Positions 1 through 12,311 of a stretch of DNA of 64,000 bases are shown here, piece by piece. The first letter of the stretch is position 1, and every line of letters begins with the position of its first letter. The notes under the pieces are model-generated. The model saw only the letters and a program-made list of their open reading frames with translations. It was not told the origin of the DNA and did not search any database. Origin of the DNA: Octopus sinensis (Eukaryota); contig NC_043006.1 in the NCBI RefSeq assembly GCF_006345805.1, positions 30,070,001-30,134,000 of the forward strand, read 5' to 3'. The position numbers and the translations under genes are program-made.

Positions 1-142
1 TATACATAAATACATTTTGTAAATTCTTTTATCTTTTCATTTTATTCTTGTATTTGTAAAAAGTACAAAAACAAAATTGACTTATTTCTTTAAATTTGTA
101 TTATTTCTCTTACAATTCTTTTGTTTCCAATTTTTTTTCAAG

Positions 143-288
143 GTTCCACACTTGGGGTTCCGATCCATGTTTATGGTCCTGAAACTCATATGACTGCCAT
201 TGTTAGCATGGCACTGGGCAAGAAAGACATTCCAACTACTCCTCAACCTGTGCAAACTACTGCTAACTTTTTACTTCCGGGAGGGACA
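143..288 (+). CDS. ACLY: ATP-citrate lyase exon (end of the citrate-binding domain; gene begins upstream of the window)
   Basis: AG at 141-142 and GTGAGT at 289. Encodes (G)[48 protein letters not shown], matching [25 protein letters not shown]...TANFLL. Phases 1/0. Confidence 0.95.
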
Positions 289-345
289 GTGAGTTTATCT
301 TTGTTTTTAATGGTTACTAACTATTTTATTTCTCTTTCTGTATAG

Positions 346-432
346 TTTCATCAGAGGAGGACGGACAGCATCCATGAGCCCATGTCAGAGACCTGGACTG
401 CGCTAGTAGATTATTATGGATTCTTTTCTGAG
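346..432 (+). CDS. ACLY: Candidate ACLY linker exon (FHQRRTDSIHEPMSETWTALVDYYGFFSE); donor position uncertain (405 or 432)
   Basis: Perfect branch point TACTAAC at 315-321, pyrimidine tract and TAG at 343-345. Open in phase 0. Both possible GT donors (406 and 433) keep phase 0 with the exon at 16218. Both donors are weak. Confidence 0.6.
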
Positions 433-590
433 GTGCCTATAAAAAAAGGTACCACGTGATTAAGAACTGTCAAAAGGGTACCATATACTAGACAAGTGTA
501 AAATAGGTACTATATTATACAGAATGGTAAAATGCATGCCATGTGATAGAGGACTGTAAATAGATTATGTGTAATAGAGATCTGTGAAAT

Positions 591-815
591 ATCATCATCA
601 TCATTTAATGTCAGTTTTCCATGCTGACATGGGTTGGAGAATCTGACAGGAGCTGCCTGGGTGCTTTTATGCAGCACATACAGGTGAATTTTATGTGGCA
701 CCAATACCCACAAGATAGGATCACTCAGCTGAAGAGGGATGCAGGGGACACACCTGTTTGCAAGGACAATGACAATTTCACTTAGCTTGATGTGTTTTCT
801 CAAGCATAGCAAGCT
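591..815 (-). mobile_element. RTE-tail SINE/LINE 3' end, (GAT)n tail
   Basis: CATCATCATCATTTAATGTC...TTTCCATGCTG.CATGGGTTGG consensus shared with many copies in the window. Confidence 0.75.
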
Positions 816-1219
816 TATAAAAAATTGTAAAATAAAAATGTTATAAAAGCAACTTCAAGAATAACAACAGAACATTCATTTATGGGGGAAATCAGTACTG
901 AAATCCTCCTCATCATCATCTAATATCTGCTTTCCATGTTGGCATAGATTGAATGGTTTGATAGGAGCTGCTAAGCCCAGAAGCCATACCAGGCACCATT
1001 GTCTGTGAAGTAGTTGGAAGGGCATCAGGCTGTAAGAAACGATGCTAGAACAGAGTGTACTGGGTTCTTTATATATGTTACTTGCACCAATGCGAGTCCC
1101 AGTTAAGAAAAATTTTGTTATAAGTAATTTAAAATATGCCCATCTAGAATTGTAAGAAAGAACTCTATGGAGAATTAGAATTGATTCTGCATAGCCATTA
1201 CTTAATAGATGTGCAGTGT

Positions 1220-1445
1220 ATCATCATTATATGTCCGTTTTTCATGCTGGCATATGTTGGACGGTTTGACAGGATCTGGCCTGGCTGCATGTTTGCCTTG
1301 GCATGGTTTCTATGGCTAGATGTCCTTCCTAATGCCAACCACATTACAGAGTGGACTGGGTGTTTTTTTATGCGACACTGGTATGGGCACTTTTACATGG
1401 CACCAGCACCCATGAGCCTGCAAAATTAGGATCACTCAACTGAAG
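1220..1445 (-). mobile_element. RTE-tail SINE/LINE 3' end
   Basis: Same family consensus (GGATG.CCTTCCTAATGCCAACC). Confidence 0.75.
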
Positions 1446-1734
1446 AAGTATGTAACTTACAATGATGAGTTAAAACCTTCCATGGAAAAATGGCTTCATC
1501 TGTTAAATTTAGTAATGTACTGGGAGTAATGTGTTGAAGATTTAAATATCACAATGTTTTTATGTTGTGTTTATTATAATAGAACAACCTACAACTGCAA
1601 CTTAAGACATAGCTCCTATTTCTGTCTTGTGTCTTTCTCCTTATCAGCTTTAAATGTATTTTTTCTATTGTTTTTTTTTTTCATCACTGTCAAACCAAAC
1701 AGATGATGTCTTTTTAATTATTGATATAAAATAC

Positions 1735-1985
1735 AGGCATGGGTTGGACGAGCTGGCAGAAACGTTAGCACGCTGGGCGAAATGCGTAGTCGTATTTCGT
1801 CTGCCATTACGTTCTGAGTTCAAATTCCGCCGAGGTCGACTTTGTCTTTCATCCTTTCGGGGTTAATAAATTAAGTACCAGTTACGCACTGATGTCGATG
1901 TAATTGACTTAATTCCTTTGTCTGTCCTTGTTTGTCCCCTCTGTGTTTAGCCCCTTGTGGGTAGTAAAGAAACAGATATAAAATA
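1735..1985 (+). mobile_element. tRNA-derived SINE, family with central GAGGTCGACTTTG.CTTTCATCCTTTCGGGG...AAGTACCAG domain
   Basis: A-box TGGCAGAAACG and B-box GAGTTCAAATTCC; further copies at about 16525, 29440, 31612 and 59760. Confidence 0.85.
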
Positions 1986-3584
1986 CAGGAGCCTGTTATT
2001 TTTTAAGTTCAACCAATTTGAAGCTGTTCATAGTATATACCACCTGTCTCTATCTATAGCTCTGTCTTCTCTTTGTCTATGTATGTACCTCACTGTCTGC
2101 TTCTGTACCTTCTCTCTGTCTATAAACCTCTCTATCTATTTGTCTACAAACCTCTCTATCTGTTTGTCTGCCTTCCTACCTACTTAATCTATCTCACGCC
2201 TGTCTCCTTGTCTACCCTCCTTTATGACTGTCTGTTATTGAAAATACAGACATTTATTTCCTGTATATGGTTGAGCGATCGACTAGAAATAACAAACAAA
2301 AATCCCTCAAAAGCACACATTACCATCATAGGAAAGGTCTCCTCTCTTGCTGTTTGTTTAGTTACCTCTCTGTTTACTTACCTACTTCCTTTACTGTCTG
2401 CTTGTCTGTCTCCATACCTCTCTGCCTTTCTGTCTGCCTTTGATCTTTCTCTGGCCCTGTGTGTGTGTAATTGTCTTTATTGTTAACTGGACTGTATTTG
2501 GCATCTATCTTCATGAATGAACAAAATCCATTCACCCAGAGTTGTTTTTCATTGTTAGAAGAAAGATGACTGTTCTTTTCTTATAAATCATGTAATAAAC
2601 TGAAATGGATTATTGTCAGACAATCAAAATTAACTTTATAATTAATGTCACAAATGAAGAACAATGTTACAAAGTCAAAATACTGGAATTTTAAATTAAC
2701 TTGTTTAATGATACCCAAAAACCATTTTACATGCACTGATAACTCCTCCATAACTGTGGTAAATTATTTCATTTTTAAAACAACACAGCTCCAAAACATT
2801 TTAGACTTATTAAACAAACAAACTGCTACTGCAATTAGATTGTGGGTGATTGAGAACAGCTATATAAGCCGTGTATACTTTTAATATACATTTTTTTATG
2901 TTTGTAAGTATTGTTATAGACTAATGTATGTTCACAACTTGCTTTCTGAACCAGTTCCACCTATTAACTTTCAAATTTGTTTTAAAAGGTTTTATTCCAG
3001 CCTGTAATATTTCACTTCCATTATACAACCCCACATCAAACAAATACAAGTCCAAAATTATTCTATATTTCTCTTCTATTTTTGTATTTTCTGTTTGTTT
3101 TCATTTTTCAATTAATTGTATTTTTGTTTTTCCTTTCAGAATATGCAGGTAATCCTTGCAACTCTGCCTTCTCCCCCTCCCCTTTCTTTCTCTATTGGAC
3201 ACAGTAGCGAGCATGATTTCATTGCAATTCTCTTTGTTTCTATTAGCTTCTGTCTCTCCTATGTTTATGCTACTCTGCACTTCTATATTCATGATTGTGT
3301 TAGTTGTATTGATGTTATTGTGATAAGTATTCCTGGTTTCTCTTCTCCATGGAATATTGATTATACAGAGACACTTGAGCTGAAGTATTGTGTGCACACA
3401 CACGCGTGCACGCGTGTGTGGATTGGTAAATGTTCTGACTATTCTAAACACATTAGCTTTGAATATTAAATAAAACTGCTTCAAAGTGGAATGGAAGTTA
3501 GTAGACCTGGCTAGCCAGATGCCTATTTTTGTTCTCTACCTCTGATTACCATTTTAAATGGAGCTTTTGTAGTACCTGGGTGTC

Positions 3585-3810
3585 TCATCATCATCATTCA
3601 ACGTGTCTTCCATGCTGGTATGGGTTGGATGGTTTAACAGGAGCTGGCAAGCCTGAGGATTGCGCCAAACACTGCTGTTTGTTTTGGCATAGTTTTTACA
3701 GCTGGAATGCCCTTCCTAATGCCAACTACTTTACAGAGTGGACTGTGTGCTTTTTACATGTCACCAGCACTGGGAAGGTCACCAAGTAACTTGACAGACA
3801 AAGATCCTTT
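3585..3810 (-). mobile_element. RTE-tail SINE/LINE 3' end
   Basis: Same family consensus. Confidence 0.75.
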
Positions 3811-6637
3811 AAGAGGCAACCACTTTTTAGCTTATGTTAACTGACATGTATTAGCAAAAAACTTATGCAAGACTTCTACACTGTTTCTCTGTACAAAATT
3901 CTATGGCTACATGAGGCATTAACCAAGCCAAGTGTATGAAAGAAGAAACTTGCTGAAGTGTGAGGTTTGACCATTCCTGAACCTGAGACTGTTTGTGGTA
4001 GCAAAATGAATTGCTTAACCTCCTCACAAGTTGTCTAACCCCAAGTCAGCTCTGATTGAACCAACCTATGATCAAAAGCATTCCGATGATGACCATTCCA
4101 TCTTTGTCTTATCTGCCTGGAACCCAAGACCACATTAGCCAGTGTGACATAGATAATAGTGTAATTTTATGTAGGTATGGCTACTCTTTCTAGCAGCTTG
4201 ACTGATCACATAGAGGAAAAAAAAGTGTGTTTGTATTTTCAATATGTTTTGACCATCTTTTCCTTAAAATGTTGATACTAATTCATTATGAAATCTGTTA
4301 ACAAGAACTGGTGGAACGCTATTAAAGCATTTTACAATTGGTTAAATGCTTCATATTTTAGTGCCCGATGGCACCAAAGTCTTCAACAATAGATGTCTCA
4401 ACATATGACTGGCTAAAGGTCTTTCAGCAAACAATGTAGTGTAGTTGCCAGGAATAAGTTATGGCTCTCCAGTAATCTAGGTATGTCACTTGAAGTTACA
4501 GTAATAAATGATTTCTCTGACATTTAATGTAAATTATTTGTTACTTTGAATTTACCTGCCATTGAATACCTAGCAGCTGAGGATCAAGGAATAATATGTA
4601 ATTGTTTTTATTGTAATTCCTTATATTTTTTAATGAATGAATTTTACAAAAGAGTTGCAACTAGTCACATAATGAAGTAATTACAGCCTATGAAATGAAG
4701 GATCTACACTTTGTATCTTGTAACCAGCTTTGTGCTACATTCACGGTTCAAAACAAATCTGGTTCATCTAACTAAATATAAAGATGATACAATTCCCTGT
4801 TGAAATCAAAGAGCAGGAGGAACACGATAGTTGAATGTTGCATTATTTTGTACTGTGAGCTCAAACTCCAACAAACTGGTGTACTATCCAGGAGGATATG
4901 ACTTATCTGTTCAATTGCAAAGATTAGTATAATCTCTCTCAGTAATAGCAGGTAATAAACTAGGATGTTGATTATTATTAAGATTTGTGTATTCATGAGT
5001 TTTATAATTGTGCTAAGATGAATTAATCTTCAGTTAGCATTTTGTTTTGTAGCTAATAATCTTTGACTAGATTTGGGGCTTGGTTCTCTTTTATTCCACC
5101 AACCTTTTAATGCTTTGTTTTACCAGCATCATGATGCATGTGTAACCTGAATGAACTGAAGATTGATATTAACCGTTTTATTCCTTCATTCCCTTATTAT
5201 TTTCTTTGGAGCAAGAGAATAGAAAACTTAAAATTAAAGAAATCAATTATTTTATTTTCCCCACTAAGGGTGGAGGGAGACAGTCAAGGAAATTAACTTG
5301 CTGGCTAAATTATAGAATTAATTTTAATTCCACTTGATTTTGAATGTAAATTCTTATGGGTTGATTATAAATACCTTTCACACAAACCTTTACTTTGTAT
5401 TTAGCAAGAAATTAAGTTTTTGTTATTGCCTGGGTGTGGTTAAGAACTTGGTTTCCCAACCAAGAGGCCTTCAGTTCAATCCTGCTACACAACATCTTGA
5501 CATTCTTCTACTATAGCCATTAATTGACCAATGGTTTGTGAATGAAATTGGTGGATGGAAACTGTTGAAGCCTATTGTGTGTCTTTGCATTAACATCTTT
5601 TGAGAAAAGATGGGTCTGTAACTTAGCAATACATAGATATTTGTTAATCAATGTGAGTGTTATTGACTTCAGAAGAGGAAGAAATAGAGATTATACCATT
5701 CCTATAATTTCCCAGCAAAGTAAATGGAAGTTGCCACTGGGAATCAGAATCCAGTTCGGTATTCAGCTTAAGAACTTTAATTATACTTTCCAATGGCACT
5801 TCTAGACTAATAGAAATCTCAAGCAACATGCATTTCCCCATTTTTCATTATTATACAAAATTATTTTAGAGATTCTAACAACTGCTTGCACATTTAGCTT
5901 ACATGTTTGATTATTTCTAATTTTTCTTGTGTTTTTCCTGTTTTGCTTGATAATCATTTTGTGTGTTAATTGTTCAATCAATCTCCAATAAATAGATTTT
6001 AAATTGTACACTAATTAACAATTCCCACCCCTAGGTTTTGTTTGTGTTTTTTGATTTTTTTGTTTTGCTTTTGTTTAAACAAGAGCAATGTTTTTTGCTA
6101 AATTTTTGTTGTTAGCATGCATACAAATTATATATTGTGAACATTTTTTTTTATTCCTGACAAAAGTCTGTGTACATTGAATGTTTAAGTAAATATAAAC
6201 TCAAAACTTAATATACTTATTAATTACTAAATTATTTTAGGCCACTAACCTCTTATGCACACATTTAGTATTTGCACTCATTGACAAATCGATGTGCATG
6301 CTCACAGCTTAACTGTGCATAAGATTTTATTAGTTTTGCACTTTTATTACAGTATTTCAGAACAATGTGACCCAATGTTTTTTAAAAATCTCTATCACAG
6401 ATTCAGATTTATATTATGCTTGGTTAATAGAAATATAGAGAAAGTAATGGAGAAAAGCGCATTATTCTAATTGTATGCTAAAAATATTGGATAACATACC
6501 TTGGGATTTTGAATGCTTCATATATCTCTGCTGCTTTATCCTTTTCTTGTACACTTTTTGTCAAGGGTTGCTTTGGCCAATCTTATGGAAGTGCAGGCTG
6601 TTGATTAGAGACAATGCAATAACCACATTCACATAAA

Positions 6638-7000
6638 TCATCATCATCATTAATGTCTCTTTCCCATGCTGTCATGGGTTCAATGACAGATGATGATGAT
6701 CATCATCAATGATTAATGTCTCTTTCCCATTCTGGCATGTGTTGGACGGTTCGGCAAGAGCTGCCCAGGCTCCATGTCTGTTTTTGCATGGTCATTATGG
6801 CTGGAAGCCCTTCCTAACGCCAACTAGGTGCTTTTGCACAACATCAGCACTCATGACCTGCATGAGTAGGATTGCTCAGTTGAAGAGAGATGCAAGGATC
6901 ACCATGATTTCACTTAACTTGATGTGCCTTTCTCAAGCGCAGTAAACCACCAGAAGTCATGGTCCTTTGTCATCCTGTCTGCAAAGCTCAACATCTGACA
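6638..7000 (-). mobile_element. RTE-tail SINE/LINE 3' end with duplicated tail
   Basis: Same consensus; CATCATCA..ATTAATGTCTCTTTCCCAT occurs at about 6640 and 6700. Confidence 0.7.
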
Positions 7001-7529
7001 GTTCCTTATTAGACAAATGATTTTTGTGACTGATACACTTTCTGTTACTACAGGAGTGGGAGCTGTTTGTCAGCTATGCAAAGTAATGAAATTGGGTCAG
7101 AAGTTTCTTTTCAGCCCCTCAGCTTCACTTCCTTTCTATCTTCTTATATTCTGGGATTAAACAAAATTCAGATGTTATTAACGTCCATCTTCCTTTTTTC
7201 AGTATTTAACAAACAAGAAATGATTTTAAGTTTGTTAGAGTATTTCGTCTGTTTTATGCTTTTGCTAGATTTTAACAACAAATTAGTATTTTTTAAAATC
7301 TATTAGTTGCAAGTTATAAATTTAGTTTTCACTTTATTTTTTATCAGGAAAATCAAATATAAATGATATTTTTTCCAGTTACATATGAGAGTATACACAC
7401 ACTCATTTTAGTTGGGTACAACAAACATTCAATTTACTTTGATGTTTCATGGGAATCCAAGTAAATGGTCATTATATATGCATGTATGAATGTGTTCATG
7501 TGTGTAGTATATATATATTTGAGGTATCA

Positions 7530-8058
7530 AATTGTTGGATCAGGTGATGAAAGTCATGGAGAAGGTCATAGCCCAACTAATTAGGGAGAGTTAGCTGAGA
7601 TGAGATGCAGTTTGGTTTTGTGCCAGGGAGAAGCACCACTGATGCTATATATCTGGTAAGGCTGCTGCAGGAGAAATACCTAGCCAAAGATAAACCTCTG
7701 TACTTGGCTTTTGTTGACATGGAGGAATCCTTTGACAGGGTCCCCCAATCCGTTATCTGGTGGTCAATGTGGAAACTAGTGATAGACAAGTGGTTGATGA
7801 GAACTGTACAAGCCATGTACAGGGATGCAGTCAGTAAGGTGAGGGTTGGCAATGAGTACAGCGATGAATTCAGAGTACAAGTAGTCACGTAAAAGCACCC
7901 ACTACACTCTCGGAGTGGTTGGTGTTAGGAAGGGCATCCAGCTGTAGAAACTCTGCCAGATCAGATTGGAGCCTGGTGCACCTATCTGGCTCGCCAGTCC
8001 TCAGTTAAATCATCAAACCCATGCTAGCATGGAAAGCGGACATTAAACGATGATGATA
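7530..8058 (+). mobile_element. RTE-clade LINE fragment: RT piece fused to the (GAT)n-tailed 3' end
   Basis: MQFGFVPGRSTTDAIYLVRLLQEKYLAKDKPLYLAFVDME..FDRVP, joined at about 7887 to the AAAAGCACCCACTACAC...AAACGATGATGAT tail. Confidence 0.88.
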
Positions 8059-9997
8059 TGTACATTCATGCCCTATTCGGTTGTTTAGCTTTGCTTTCCC
8101 ATGAATTGTTTGTTTTATTAACCATGCAGTTACATAATTACCGTACATTTTAATCACGTTATAAATTTTTGAACTATATTAATACAAGTTTTGTGTGTGT
8201 GTTTTCTTTGGGCTTAAGCTTTTTATTTTTAATCCTATATTATTTCAAATTTCTTTTCTTGGGAAATTAGAATTGGATTTACTTAAATTGTTGAATAATT
8301 TCTCTATTTCAAATGTGCTGCTCTTTTCTAAAGAAACTATAAAACAATTTCTCACAAACTTGTTGCTTTTGTATCAAAAGTTCATTTTTTGTTTTGTTTA
8401 CCAAAATTTTTTAAGCTGTGACATAAGACTATTCATAGAAATTATTAAATAGATTTATATTTTTTTAAATAGCTTTAAAAACAACTTTCAAATACACTAA
8501 GTAATTTGTAAATGGATTTGTTTGCTTTATTAGAACCTTGCAAAAATATTTATATGGAAATCTTTGAATACAAACTGAAAAAACAAAAAAACTAGTTTGT
8601 GTTCCTGAGAAATAGTTTGAATCAAGGATATTTTCATTCAAGTCATGATTAATTTACCAGATAAATGAACTGTTCTTGCAACTTGTTTCATAGGATGTGT
8701 TTTTATGAAATGTTAAAATACTTTCATGAATAATGAAAGCTCATGATAATTGGCAATGTCTCCAATTATTTTATTTTGCTAAAAATGTTAATGTCCATGT
8801 GATAAATTTTAAAGTTTCCTAATAGTTACAAATTCAGTGAAACAACTGTACATTTGATTTCTGATGCCATCTTCCCATTGGTAAACAACTATCTGTATTT
8901 TACTCAGTAACTTGAGGTACTTGTAACAAGATTGAATAGATGAGTTTCGGTGGCTCTCATCTACCAATATCAACAACGATTAGTATCCAAATGTAATGTC
9001 AGGAGATGTAGTAACAAAGTGGATTGTTTTCCGATACAGGTTTCCCTCCTGTGCTGCTGTGGTCCAGTTGTTGCTATCAATGTTTGATCTCTTTCATGTT
9101 ATATTGAGCCACATCCTTGTATTTTAATCAGGATCATCCTGTTTATAAAGCCTGCTGTGTGTGTGTGTGGGGGGGGGGGCTCTATTTGTAAAGAATATAA
9201 AAGTGCAGTTTAAAACATTGCATCTCTAAAATGAAAATTTAATCACGTCATGATCAGTAACCTTGGTCTGTTGATTAATCGATTTAAAAATGTGAAATTA
9301 TGACTGGATATTGAAATCAAACGGCCATTGAACTAATAATTAGCTGACACCTCATTTCAAAGGGCTACTAAATTACAAAGCTTTTAAAGTGTTATGGTAC
9401 AGCTGGATTAAAAGGGAAAGAAATATCAATGTTCTAGTGACTGAACTTTGTCATCTGTTGGAGATGAGAAGAGGGTTATGATTGTTAAGTTTGTAGTCTT
9501 TCAGTATCAGTTTCTCCATTTGAATGTCTTAACTAAATGTTTAAATTTGGTTAAGATATTTAAACCCAATTAACTGCTGTAACTGAACATCTCTCGTCAA
9601 ATATATTCAGGCATAAATTGCTTTTAGAGATGACATCAGGAGATGATTGTAGGAAACCTCTTCAGAAATCCTGACTTGTAACTCTTTACACTTTAACATT
9701 AAATCAAAAAAACTGATACTGATCTAGCAGACAAGGTTGATACCATGTGACCAACAGGTAAAAAATGTGGAGAACTCTCTTTAGATTACCACCTGTTAAC
9801 AATATATAATTGTATAATATTAATAATACTATATATGTATATGCCTGCTTTGTTAGGCATTCAATCAGTCTAATCTTGGATATTTTTATAACTCCATGGT
9901 TTACAACTCCTCACTTGTACCTTGATATCTATCTGTCTGTCTGTCTGTCTGTCTATATATATATTGGAAAATGTGCGAGATCCTTGGTACAGTTGGG

Positions 9998-12311
9998 TAT
10001 ATTTGAAAAAAGAAAAAGAATGACTTCATTGGTAGTTCTAATCAATTTAATTTATTGTTCTTTAATAATATAAATTTTAGTTCATAGATCTAGCAAGTTC
10101 TTTGTTTAACTTCAGTGTGGAGGATTAAAAAAAAAATTTTTTTTTCTTGTTAACTTCTTTGCAGAACTTTCTTTGCTTCATGAAGCCTGTTTATAATGAA
10201 ATAGAATCTTTGCACGTCTTCTTGGTTTCTTTCCCACAATATGAAGCAATCATCTAGGTAATGTTTCCAGTTGTTATTAATATAGGTGGCAAAGTTGTGA
10301 CTGAACATTTCCTACTGTTGGGAATATAGTTTTGTCTCTAGGTATCCCATAACGAGTGTTGCATATATTTGAGCTACTTTGGTGCCCATGGCTGTTCCTT
10401 TTATTTGTAAATGTAGTTCATTATCAAAGAGGAAGTGGTTGTTCTCCAATATTAATTTGAGCCCTTCCAAAATAAACTCTTTCAGGAATCTCTCTGAAAT
10501 GGAATCTGGATGTTTTGTAATCCAGAAGTCAACAGATTCAATTCCTAAGTCGTGTGGGATGTTAGTATATAAGCTTGTTACATCAAAACTGACTTAGATT
10601 GTGTCTTTGGTGTACTTTCTGGGAGATATAATTCAGGAATTCCATATCATCTGTGATGTAGCTTGGCACTTTTTTTCACAAAGGGGTTTCAGAATAATGT
10701 CTAATAAGTTACTTAGACATTGTGTGCTTGAGGCTGGACCAGCAACAATTGGGTGTAATTTTAAATCAGTCAGTTTTGGTACCTCGACATATGATGAAGT
10801 TTTGCCTTTTATGTTGTTTTGGTAATCCATAAAAATTGCTGATTTTCATTTCAAAGTTAGTTAAGTAATAAATTTCCTTTAGTGTGAGGTTATTTTGGTG
10901 CTTTGTCATCAGTTTACCTACTTTGATTATTGAATTTTTTCCTCGCATTTGTTGATTTTGCTATAAAATCCTTTGTCATTCAATTGTTTTAGGGTCATAT
11001 CTTCGTAGTGGTTTTTGTCCATGATGATGATTGCTCCAACTTTGTCAGCTTCTTTTATGACTATTGAGGAGTCTTTTTGAAGTTTGCTTAGTGCTAGCAG
11101 TTGGTCTGTAGGGATGTTGCATTTGTGTTTTGTCTCTGCAATATTTGACTGCAGTGATCGTCATAGGTAGGTTATATATTCTTTCAGGTGTCTTTCTCTA
11201 TTTAGCAGTTGTTTGAAGTTTTTTTGTTTTACACTTGTGAATTCTCTTCATATTCTACACCCTGGAAAAATTTTCCTAGGCATAATTTACAACAAAAATC
11301 TCCTGTCTTTTTATAAGTTCAGGTTGGGTGTGAACTTCAGTCCATTTTCTAATAGTTTGATTTCCTGTTGTGTTAATTTCTGGGCCGATATGTTAATTAT
11401 TTTTGGTGCCTGTGGTTTTTCTTTGTCAAGGGTGGTGTTTTTTCTTTTTTCTTTCATTTGATGGAAGGTATCTTGTCCTAAAAAAGAATTCCCATTTGGG
11501 ATAGGGGTGGTTCTGTTGTGGTGAAATATTCTGTTCACTGGCATTTCATGTTGATAATGTTCTGAGTTGTAGAATTTTGTTTGGTGGTTAATATGAGGGG
11601 GTTTGGTTCTTCTGCTGATCCGTTCATTCTTCATATATCTTTGATTTTGTCTATGGTAATCATTCTTGGGGTTTTGATGGTAGCTGTATCTGGTGTTTGG
11701 TATTTGGCCTGTGTATAACTATGTGTTTGGGATCCTCCAATTTTTGGTTGAAGTTTGTTTATTGTGTGAAATTCTTCATTTCTTGTGTTTTTCTCAAGTT
11801 TGACAGCTTCTTATGGGTTTATTTTTTGGGGGTTTTATTTGGTCTTTTCCATAGTTCTTTTCATATTCTTGTAGCTATTGTGTTCTTGACTCCAAGATTT
11901 TCTTTGATTTTAATTCTGCACCATAGTACCATAGTAACACAATCCACACTACAGGTAAAGAGATTACATGACTAAAATGGTTCCTTAAAAGACAAGAATA
12001 TCCGATGAACCTTATCAATACAGCTGTCTCCAAGACCCAGAACATCCCAGTGACAACACTGAGAAAAACAAACCAAAAAATTAAAAAGGACAAAGATCAC
12101 AAAACCCCAAATCCTCAGGTCTGTTTGACAACAAATGCGAGAAAGTTCTCCAAAGTTAACAAGAAAATAATTTTTTTTAATTCTCCACACCCAAGTTAAC
12201 AAAGAACTTACTAGATCTATGAACTAAAATTTATATTATCAAAAAATTAAAGAATAAATTAAACTGATTAGAACTACCTGTGAAATCCTTCTTTTTCTTT
12301 TTTCAAATATA
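9998..12311 (-). mobile_element. Penelope-like retroelement relic with an inverted 3' segment (about 175-bp inverted termini)
   Basis: Minus strand: IINISAQKLTQQEIKLLENGLKFTP, IVIKEADK, FYGLPKQHK, HPIVAGP, VSFDVTSLYTNIP, QIKGTAMGT and YLDD (10249-10260). Plus strand from about 11925: thumb-like TIVT..KRL..LKWFLKRQEYP. Termini 9998-10172 and 12139-12311 are inverted copies. Confidence 0.88.

Noticed and set aside
441-515. Three A-rich GGTAC donor-like sites at about 29-bp spacing after the candidate exon
   Set aside because: The first gives phase 1 (incompatible with exon 16218) and the others lie beyond an in-frame stop; probably a decayed short repeat.
1735-1830. tRNA-like A/B boxes (also at 23702, 29440 and 59458) as tRNA genes
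   Set aside because: No cloverleaf; they continue into shared SINE bodies.
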